Origin: Octopus sinensis
Taxonomy: Eukaryota
NCBI RefSeq assembly: GCF_006345805.1
Contig: NW_021832924.1
Location: 1-32,217 of the forward strand
Length of the DNA stretch: 32,217 nt
Reading direction: 5' to 3'
Shown: positions 23,330-32,217 of the stretch, piece after piece
Numbering within the stretch: the first letter of the stretch is position 1
Layout: every line of letters begins with the position of its first letter
The notes under the pieces: generated by a model
Told to the model about the DNA's origin: nothing
The model's database searches: none
The model's input: the letters and a program-made list of their open reading frames with translations, nothing else
Program-made: the position numbers and the translations under genes

Positions 23330-23441
23330 TGACCAGTTCAAACCTCTGCGTCGCATCTTGAGGAAGTGTCATTTGCTATGAGGCTCGAGTCGATCTCAAC
23401 TTAAATGTCATTGGATTGACTGAAACTGTTCGAAGCCCGAC
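23330..23441 (+). mobile_element. Diverged family E SINE
   Basis: GTTCAAAC..CTGCGT.GCATCTTGAGGAAGTGTC...GAAACTG...GAAGCCCGAC. Confidence 0.55.
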
Positions 23442-24043
23442 AACTGGATTGTAGCAGTAATTCTAACGTCCAGCGTCATCACTCTGTGCCACACTTGCTC
23501 CGCCTGAAAATCACATTAAATGTTCATGCGGCTGCGAAATATTCAGCCTTTTAAACTGTAATTCAATGTGCCTGGGGTCTTAGTTGGTCTTTTACATCTG
23601 TGGGAGAGAGCGTTCTTTTTGTATTAAGTACGTGTAGGGGGGTGAATGTGTGTGTGTGTTGTGCGTGCGTGTGAAGAGTTCGAAAGTTATGTATGGACAG
23701 CTCCCATGAAACAACTCGACTCACGTAGTCTGCTAAAGAATCTGGCTCAAATGGATGTCAGGAAAAATGTTTTCGCCAAAAAGGAAAAGGTTTAATTAAT
23801 TGAAAATCATAGTCTGACCAACGAAAGCGTAAAAGTCGACAACCACCCACCCAACGCGAAGAAAAAAGGCCAAAAGGAACACGAAAACATTAAACAAAAA
23901 AAAGAATATTTATTGAACAAAACTGGTTGAGTTCGACGTCAAATTAAGTAAGGAACATGACGATTAGCGTCTGGATGGAACCAATGCCAGAGGTGCGACA
24001 CGAAAGTTCTTCATTAGAAACGTTGTGGCGCTACACACGCACG

Positions 24044-24085
<42 letters not shown>

Positions 24086-24195
24086 ACACACACACACACA
24101 CCAAATATATATATATACACATACATATAACTTGACTTAAAAAGGATTTAACTAATCCTATCAGGTGGTGCTATTAAGATATGGCCTATATATAT

Positions 24196-24425
24196 TTCTT
24201 TATTGCCCACAAGGAGCTAAACATAGAGGGGACAAACAAGGACAGACAAACGGATTAAGTTGATTACATCGACCCCAGTGCGAAACTAGTACTTTTTTTA
24301 TCGACCCCGAAAGGATGAAAGGCAAAGTCGACCTCGGCGGAATTTGAACTCAGAACGTAAAGACAGACGAAATACCACTAAGCATTTCGCCCGGCACGCT
24401 AACGTGTCTGCCAGCTCGCCGCCTT
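24196..24425 (-). mobile_element. tRNA-derived SINE, family A, full length, with a candidate 17-bp target-site duplication
   Basis: Near-identical to 31981-32217. ATATGGCCTATATATAT is present at 24179-24195 and at 24426-24442. Confidence 0.92.
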
Positions 24426-24454
24426 ATATGGCCTATATATATATATATACATAC

Positions 24455-24845
24455 ACTAGCAGTATCGCCCGGCGTTGCTCGGGTTTGTAAGGGAAATAAC
24501 TATAAAGCATTTTTAGAGAGTTATAGCCAAAAAATAGCAAAATAATGGAAAAAAATTATGGTAAATTTGTTTTTGAGAGTTAAAAAAGTCGAGTTGCGTC
24601 CCCTAGATAGTCTGTGGTTTGTGTTTCTAATTCTCGACCCCATGTCGAATTTATCGATATTTTTCAGACTGGGGAACTTTTCAAAATTTTCGCTGCGTTA
24701 GTTTTGAATTTGACATTGGCTATGTGTGGTGTCAAGTTTCATCAGAATCAAATCGTTTGAAAGCCGTGGTCAGGGTGAGGGTACAAGCAAACAGACACAC
24801 AGAAACACGCAGACAGACAAACTGCCGTTTATATATAGAGAGATT
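24455..24845 (+). mobile_element. Putative non-autonomous Helitron/Helentron-type element (HINE/Lep1-like)
   Basis: ACTAG start with a GC-rich hairpin CCCGGC-GTT-GCTCGGG, an internal CAAGTTTCATCAGAATC motif, a subterminal (ACAG)-type repeat and a TTTATATATAG end; no ORF. Confidence 0.6.
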
Positions 24846-25064
24846 CATTGACACGCACACACACACACAAAGCTACACATACACACACACATATAATGTA
24901 CATATACATATACATGTTTATCTACCTGTCTCTGTGTGGTGTGTGTGCACATGAACGTGTGTATATGTGTTTGTATTTTGCGCTTTGTGTTTTTCTATTC
25001 TTCACTCGACTCCAAGATTCCGTTTTTCCTAAATCATTTGCTTTCAATCTTTACTGCCTCTCTT

Positions 25065-25126
<62 letters not shown>

Positions 25127-25467
25127 CCCTTTATTTTTTACTATTTCTTGCTTTCTAATTTGCTCTGATTGCCTCTATACTAACAACAATTTCTTTCTCC
25201 ATTTATATAACTCGAGATTCATAGGGGGGAGGGAAAAAAATAGAAGATTCCCTCCCAGCCCCCCTACACCCCCCCCCCCCATCACACATCAAATCAAAAC
25301 CAACAACATACTTCGTATCGAGGAACAGATCGAAAGGGTAATCACTGCTAATGACTATGGCACACTTCGACTGATTGGATCGACTCACGTTCATTCGGTT
25401 CCGAGGAAAACGGCAACAACTGCAACAACAACAATAAATATAAGAAGCAAGAGAAACGGGTATGGTG

Positions 25468-25745
25468 CTGATGATGATGATGGTGGTGGTGGTGGTGGTG
25501 GTGGTGGTGGTAGTGGTGGTGAAGATGATGATGATGATGATGATGACGACGACGACGACGATGACGATGATGATGATGATGATGATGATGACGATGATGA
25601 TGGCGATGATGGCGATGATGGTGACGATGATGATGATGATGACGATGATGGCGATGATGATGATGACGACCACGACGACGATGATGATGATGATGATGAT
25701 GATATTGGTAACAGTAACAATGTTCACTGGGATGATGACCACCAT
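25468..25745. repeat. Compound GAT/GGT/GAC trinucleotide array
   Basis: Directly visible; explains the poly-D/G/H/S/M ORFs. Confidence 0.95.
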
Positions 25746-26004
25746 TGATGACGGTTTCTTTCAAATAATCGTTGTGAAGTAATATTGGTTTTCCTCTCTC
25801 TCTCTCTCTCTCTCTCCCTCTCTCTCTCTCCCTCTCCATCTGTCTATCTATCTCTCTATCTATCCCCTCTCTCATGCACACTCACACGCTCGCACTCACA
25901 TACACCACCCACGCACGTTACACACAGGTCATCCAAACACACCAACATGCATCACAACGTTTCATTCAGAATCGAAACAAATCTATGCAGGAACACACAC
26001 AGAC

Positions 26005-26198
26005 CCTGCTCCAATCGACGGAACAGCCTACAAGTGGCTGAGTACTCCACAGACACACGTGCCCTTAGCGTAGTTCTCGGGGAGATTTAGTGGGATACAG
26101 AATGTGACAAAGCCGGCTCTTTGACTTACAGGTACAAATCAGTTTTATCAGCAGAATGGAGTGCAACAATGTGAAGTAAAGTGTCTTGCTGAAGGACA
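26005..26198 (-). mobile_element. Family C SINE, lacking the tRNA head
   Basis: The reverse complement aligns to 13655-13865 (AAAGTGTCTTGCT.AAGGA, GTAGTTCTCGGGGA, CCACAGACAC). Confidence 0.78.
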
Positions 26199-27720
26199 TT
26201 TCGTATACGAATACGTCCTATATAAGCAGTGTGATCGAAGATAGGAAAAGAAGGGAATGGGTGTATATACATATTTCAAGAGTTGTTGCCCTTTCATCAG
26301 CACTATATACAACTCATCAACTAGCCACGATTGCTTAAATACCCACTAAGTTTAGAAGTTTAACGAATTCTATAAGAAAATCTTTAGAGATAATCTTAAA
26401 AGTGAATATACGGCACGGCTAACACAAGGCAAGACCCTGTATTGACTTGTAAGCTTTTAATCTACTTCTCTGATGTACTATTGTTGGAAAACGAAATACT
26501 GTGTTCTTGACAGCAATTAATATATACATGCATACATATATACATACACATGCGATTGATTACATGTCTGCTTAAAAATATATAAATAAACACGCACACA
26601 CACATACGCAGAGCACATATATCTAAATTAAATAGGTGTGCACACCCCCAAACTATTAGGATACGCCGTACAAACGTACGAATATACGGTTCTCTAAGTA
26701 TATACATATACACCATATTCAACACGCGCACACACGTAACACCGTAAGCACACCTACATACAGACATGGCGATGAACTGAAGTATATACACATACATGCC
26801 TACACACCAGGTTACAATATCCAACTTCCTGCGACATTCAAACGTCTATGGCTTTCCTCCTAGAAGACAATTTGCTACTTATCCGATTATCTAAGTCTTA
26901 GTTTAATTAAATTATCGGCTTATTGAATTCCTAGTTTAAATTTATCACATACATCACTTTATACAACACAACCGACGGCAATCTATTTTAAGACATTGCA
27001 AGAGGGAAGCTGCAGCCCCGTCGTCATTCTTATGGCTTGGTAAGGAAAATACCAGTTGAAATTATGTAATCTAAAACAGAAATATTAGCAGGGAAATTGG
27101 GGGCTTGATCTGCAGGGCGACATTTTAATACAGCAAGCATTCCTGAATGCTTTCCCAGTCATTCTTTGAAGTTTAAGCCTCATTCTGTGTTCATTCCCTG
27201 AATTCTATTCACTTCTCTTGTTATTCAAAGATCTCTTATAAAGGTTAGTCTTTGCTGCGCAGATGCGGTTCAGTAACGTCTTCCTCTCACTGCTTTGATC
27301 ACACTTCCCACTCTATTCTGTAAATTATTTATTAAAATTTCGGGATTGTCTACTAATTGCCAGAATTAATTACTCGGTTAACGACTGTTCACATCATTAA
27401 AAGTATCGTTTTAATTAATTAAAACATTTGGTTGACTACATGAGATATGCTAACACACTAACTTATAGGGATGAACCAGCGGAGGAGTCTTTGGGCAGAA
27501 AGGTGAATGAGCGGTTAGATCAAAGCAAACCGTTAAGCTTCGTCAGGAGAACTAAAAGCAAAGAGGATCGATCGGAATTTTAACTATCCAGCTGTCAAGG
27601 GTGAGGTCGTAGTCAACTCTATTACCCTGGTGCACACTTATGTATATACAAATTAGTGAGATGGTCGTCCACCGCTTTCTGCGATGATCATTCAGTTATT
27701 GGATCAAGTGAAATGACTGG

Positions 27721-28076
27721 TACTCCGTCAGTTACGACGACGAGGGTTCCAGTTGATCCGATCAACAGAACAGCCTGCTCGTGAAATTAACATGCAAGTA
27801 GCTGAGCATTCCACAGACACGGGGAGATTCAGCGTGACACAGAGTGTGACAAGGCTGGCCCCTTTGAAATTTAGGTACAACAGAAACAGGAAGAAAGAGT
27901 GAGAGAAAGTTGTAGTGAAAGAGTACATCAGGGTTCTCCACCACCTCCTGCCGGAACCTCGTGGAGCTTTAGGTGTTTTCGCTCAATAAACACTCACAAC
28001 GCCCGGTCTGGAAATCGAAACGGCGATCCTATGACCGCGAGTCCGCTGCCCTAACCACTGGGCCATTGTGCCTCCA
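27721..28076 (-). mobile_element. tRNA-derived SINE with the family C tail but a different central domain
   Basis: 27721-27870 matches 13725-13898 in reverse complement. A tRNA-like head (TGGCCCAGTGG...TTTCGATTTC) lies at 28005-28076. The centre is unrelated to the CORE-like segment. Confidence 0.85.
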
Positions 28077-28094
28077 TCAAGTGAACTACGTATC

Positions 28095-28395
28095 TGTTAA
28101 ATTAACGTACAACCGGCTGAGTATTCCATAGACACATGCACCCTTAACGTAATTCGCAAGTGGAATCAGCGTGACAGTGCGTGATGATGCGTGACGGTGC
28201 ATGTCGAGACCGGACCTTTGTATTACAAATATCACCCATTTGACAGGGTTTCACACAATTTCCTTCTTCTCGTTGTTATTCAAAGACAAAATCCGACACG
28301 AGTCCATAGTAGAAGACAAATGCCCAAAACGCTATGCAATGCGTTAGAATACGGGTTCTCATAATTACGGAGCGGACTTCTTAACCAATCGCCAT
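28095..28395 (-). mobile_element. Old family C/E-related SINE
   Basis: GCTGAGTATTCCATAGACAC..CCCTTAACGTA, CAGCGTGACA, TAGTAGAAGACA..TGCCCAA. Confidence 0.55.
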
Positions 28396-28557
28396 GTTAC
28401 AGCCACAGTGTTGAAAAGTGTGAGCGTATTCCTAATTATACATAAACGGACACAAACACACACACACTATATGCATACAGACACATACACAAACAGTTAA
28501 ACACTCTGATGCACAAAATCATGGACACACCATGCGTATATATATATATATACATAC

Positions 28558-28607
<50 letters not shown>

Positions 28608-28764
28608 GAAGAATTCACGAAAAAAACAAAAGACGAAGACCGGTGGTATAGAAAAAAAATATATGTATTAGTATAACGCTCGGGAATTGAAAAAGTCTTT
28701 AACGTTTCGAGCCTATGCTCTGCTACAGAAAAGGAACACAGAAAAAAACAAGGAGAGAGAAAAA
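28608..28764 (-). mobile_element. Penelope-type pLTR-like fragment containing a degenerate hammerhead-ribozyme motif
   Basis: The - strand reads TTTT-CTGTAGC-A-GAGC-ATAG-GCTC-GAAACGTT...AGCGTT. The fragment is flanked by TGTGTGTAG at 28599-28607 and 28765-28773. Confidence 0.55.
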
Positions 28765-29366
28765 TGTGTGTAGTGGCTACGGTGTGGTTTGAGGTAGATT
28801 CGTCTTCTACTTTTAGCAGTAAGAGTGACCACCTAGTGGATGTCCTCATATCAGAGGCTAAAGTGACACACACGTAAGAATCTGTACTATGTTAACAAAT
28901 GTTGCTGTTCCAATTTGATTGCAGCACGACAGTAAAGCTCCATTCAGAACAACAGGAAAATCCTTACACACTGAGCCGCCATTAATGCAGAAAAATGAAG
29001 ACAACATTACGCTCGATGTCCCTCAATTGAATCAGTAGGAAGCAAAGGAAATCAGATGCAATACGATATGGCAAATGAAGTCGGTCTGTGTTGTTATCTC
29101 TGCCAAAAGGATACCAGAGCGAAATCTACGTCTCTTTAGTTTGGTTAGATATGGATTCGACGTGCTTCTGTCAATCTCAGCTGTGTTTAATCACTTTTAA
29201 TGGAATGTTTGGTTAAAGTAGTTTCCTTGTGAACGGAAATCGTGAGAATATGTGGCGAGATTTCACTGGCATTGCTAACAGCATAAACAAAGAAGGCAAA
29301 AATGGTGAAAATTTTGTTTCTGGGGACATTATTTTTTTAGGAATATTTGTTCCCACACGCACACAC

Positions 29367-29443
<77 letters not shown>

Positions 29444-29701
29444 CATACACACACACACACACACACACAAATATATATATATGTTCGTGTGAGTGTGTGC
29501 TTGGAAAGGTGTAAGTATTAGGGGTGTAGATAAATATAGTTTATAAACGGGGTGGAAGGAAGGCAGTCAATACATGAATTAGAATTAATATGAAAAAGTG
29601 TTAACAAGCGGAAACGCAAAGCTTTAACAGAGCATGAAAGCCTCATCTTCACATTAAATTACGCACACACTTACACATTTACGCACACACACACACACAG
29701 A

Positions 29702-29870
29702 GGCATTATTGGCAGAATATATAAAGTGTCGGAAAAATGCCTTGCAGTGTTTGTACTGGCCTTTTAAGGTCTGATTATAATCCCTTCGGAGTCTACCTTG
29801 CCTTTCGTCCTCTCAGAATCATTAAAACAAAATACAAATGAAGTAGTAAGTACCAATCAAATACTAATGA
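29702..29870 (+). mobile_element. Very diverged family A-related SINE
   Basis: TGGCAGAAT...GGAAAAATGCCTTGCAGTGTTT...CTTGCCTTTCGTCCT...AAGTACCA. Confidence 0.5.
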
Positions 29871-29959
29871 GAATTAACAACCCCCATACCACACACACAC
29901 ACACACCACACCCCTCCTCCCAAAATTGCTGACTATGTGTCTAAATTGGGGAAAGTGGT

Positions 29960-30175
29960 GAATGATTGGCTCAATCTCCAAAGCCTCGGACGAAATGCCT
30001 TACAATGTTTCTTCCGGTTCTTTACATTCTGAGTTCAAATCTCACCGAGGTTAACTTTGCCTTCCATCAAATCAGAGTCGATAAAACAGATTGCCAGTAA
30101 TATACTGGGGTGGATGATATCGGCTAATCCCCTGCTCTCAAAATTTCTGGCTTTATTGTTTCTAAAACAGAAACA
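29960..30175 (+). mobile_element. Diverged family A-related SINE with a different tail
   Basis: CGGACGAAATGCC...TTCTGAGTTCAAAT...GAGGTTAACTTTGCCTTCCATC...GTCGATAAAA...TACTGGGG...AAAATTTCTGGC. Confidence 0.7.
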
Positions 30176-30194
30176 AAAAAGTGATGGATTGGCC

Positions 30195-30365
30195 AAATTC
30201 CTTGCTGTATGAAGTTGTCTCAGATCAAATCCAGCTGAGGTCATCTTTGCCTTTCATCCCTTCGGGGTCGATAAAACAAAGTAACCAGTCCATAACTGGG
30301 ACCGAACATGACGACTATCACACCAATCAAAACTGCTAACCTTGAGCCTAAACCAGAAACTATCG
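30195..30365 (+). mobile_element. Diverged family A-related SINE running into a large (ATT)n tail
   Basis: CAAATCCAGCTGAGGTC..CTTTGCCTTTCATCCCTTCGGGGTCGATAAAA...CCTTGAGCCTAAACCAGAAAC. Confidence 0.7.
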
Positions 30366-30432
<67 letters not shown>

Positions 30433-30529
30433 CATCATCATCATCATTATTATTATTATTGTTATTGTTTTTGTTGTTGTTGTTATTATTATTATTATTA
30501 TCATCATCATCATCATCATCATCATTATT

Positions 30530-30561
<32 letters not shown>

Positions 30562-30681
30562 TATTATTATTATCATCATCATCATTATTATTATTACTAT
30601 TATATCTCATCATCACATCATCATCATTATTATTATTCTTATTATTTTTTTTATTATTATTATTATGTTATTGTTATTATT

Positions 30682-30722
<41 letters not shown>

Positions 30723-30804
30723 TATTATTTATTGTTATTGTTGTTGTTGTTGTTGTTATTATTATTATTATATCATCATCATCATCATCATCATCATTAT
30801 TATT

Positions 30805-30848
<44 letters not shown>

Positions 30849-30921
30849 TATTATTATTATCATCATCATCATTATTATTATTACTATTATTATCATCATC
30901 ATCATCATCATCATCATTATT

Positions 30922-30952
<31 letters not shown>

Positions 30953-30975
30953 TTATTATTGTTATTGTTATTATT

Positions 30976-31016
<41 letters not shown>

Positions 31017-31101
31017 TATTATTATTATTGTTATTGTTGTTGTTGTTGTTGTTATTATTATTATTATTATCATCATCATCATCATCATCATCATTATTAT
31101 T

Positions 31102-31145
<44 letters not shown>

Positions 31146-31218
31146 TATTATTATTATCATCATCATCATTATTATTATTACTATTATTATCATCATCATC
31201 ATCATCATCATCATTATT

Positions 31219-31249
<31 letters not shown>

Positions 31250-31266
31250 TTATTGTTATTATTATT

Positions 31267-31304
<38 letters not shown>

Positions 31305-31337
31305 TATTATTATTATTATAATTATTATTATTATTAT
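30365..31337. repeat. About 970-bp compound (ATT)/(ATC)/(GTT) array with a ~297-bp higher-order period
   Basis: Rare variant triplets recur at a fixed spacing: the C of ACT at 30884 and 31181; T5 runs at 30941 and 31238. Confidence 0.93.
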
Positions 31338-31571
31338 GTTAGATACAACAACGTGTATCTGCTTAGATAAGGTTAAGAGAGTCATACTCTGTCAATTGGG
31401 AATAAACAATTTATCTTATTCTTTCTCCACAAATAAATTATTTATGCAAATGCTACTCCACATAACCAGTTCAAGAGAATTACTGCCGAGGTTCATTCAA
31501 ATTACCACACACATGTACATATGTGTGCGTGTGTGTGTGTGAATGTGTGCGTGCGTGTGTCCGTGTCCGTG

Positions 31572-31602
<31 letters not shown>

Positions 31603-31980
31603 TGTGTATGTATGTGTGTGTGTGTGTGCATATATGTGCGTGTGTATATACATGCGTGTGTGTGCGTGCGTCAGTGTTTAATTACCTTCTTGAAAGAGTT
31701 ATGTTTGCAATAAGCTTTCTGTTCGAATTTAATATAAATCAGATTAAGCGTAATTAATTTGTAAACAAGCGAATATGAACAACGACCCCAAGTGTTTGCT
31801 TTTCCAAATATACTTAAAACCCGGAGATCTTACATGTGGACTGCCGCCGTCTTGGCAAGAAACATTACAAAATGAAACCGTTGTCAGCTTTTAACTATTA
31901 TAATATCGACTCTGTGCCTGTATTCAGTACTCTTCCCCTTGTTCGTCATGTTTGGTTGTAATACAACTTGCAAATACAAC

Positions 31981-32217
31981 ATACCTATTTCTTTACTACC
32001 CACAAGGGGCTAAACATAGAGTGGAGAAACAAGGACAGACAAACGGATTAAGTCGATTACATCGACCCCCAGTGCGTAACTGGTACTTAATTTATCGACC
32101 CCGAAAGGATGAAAGGCAAAGTCGACCTCGGCGGAATTTGAGCTCAGAACGTAACGGCAGACGAAATACCGCTAAACATTTCCCCCGGCACGCTAACGTG
32201 TCTGCCAGCTCGCCGCC
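31981..32217 (-). mobile_element. tRNA-derived SINE, family A, full length, ending at the window edge
   Basis: Near-identical to 10938-11168 and 24196-24425. Confidence 0.93.

Noticed and set aside
24936-25881. 270-aa ORF with an acidic/Gly tail and overlapping His-rich ORFs
   Set aside because: They are built from CT and GAT/GGT repeats. The short complex middle part has no recognisable motif or splice support.
30241-31385. Long ORFs of 337, 342 and 205 aa
   Set aside because: They are translations of stop-poor frames of an ATT/ATC/GTT microsatellite, with homopolymer content and no domain.

Overview
AT-rich, microsatellite-saturated eukaryotic non-coding DNA. The SINE and LINE families look like those of an octopus (coleoid cephalopod) genome; this is recognition from memory, not a database result. 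I find no convincing host protein-coding exon, rRNA gene, intact tRNA gene or CRISPR array, and nearly all ORFs in the track are translated simple repeats. Recognisable content: (i) three copies of an R4/Dong-like RLE non-LTR retrotransposon (4.3-8.2 kb, - strand), one apparently inserted into the (TAA)n tail of another; (ii) two decayed copies of a second RLE-LINE family lying tail-to-tail (9.2-10.9 kb); (iii) a Penelope-like GIY-YIG endonuclease remnant (19.1-19.7 kb) and a separate pLTR-like fragment with a degenerate hammerhead-ribozyme fold (28.6-28.8 kb); (iv) a HINE/Lep1-like non-autonomous rolling-circle element (24.46-24.85 kb); (v) about 20 copies or fragments of several modular tRNA-derived SINE families; (vi) a compact tRNA-like Pol III unit (15.36-15.44 kb); (vii) large compound microsatellites, one with a 297-bp higher-order period. 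Nothing here demonstrates a new biological system. The best leads are the hammerhead-like motif, the TAA-targeted nested LINEs, the HINE-like element and the Pol III unit. Boundaries of decayed elements are approximate (about +/-20 bp).
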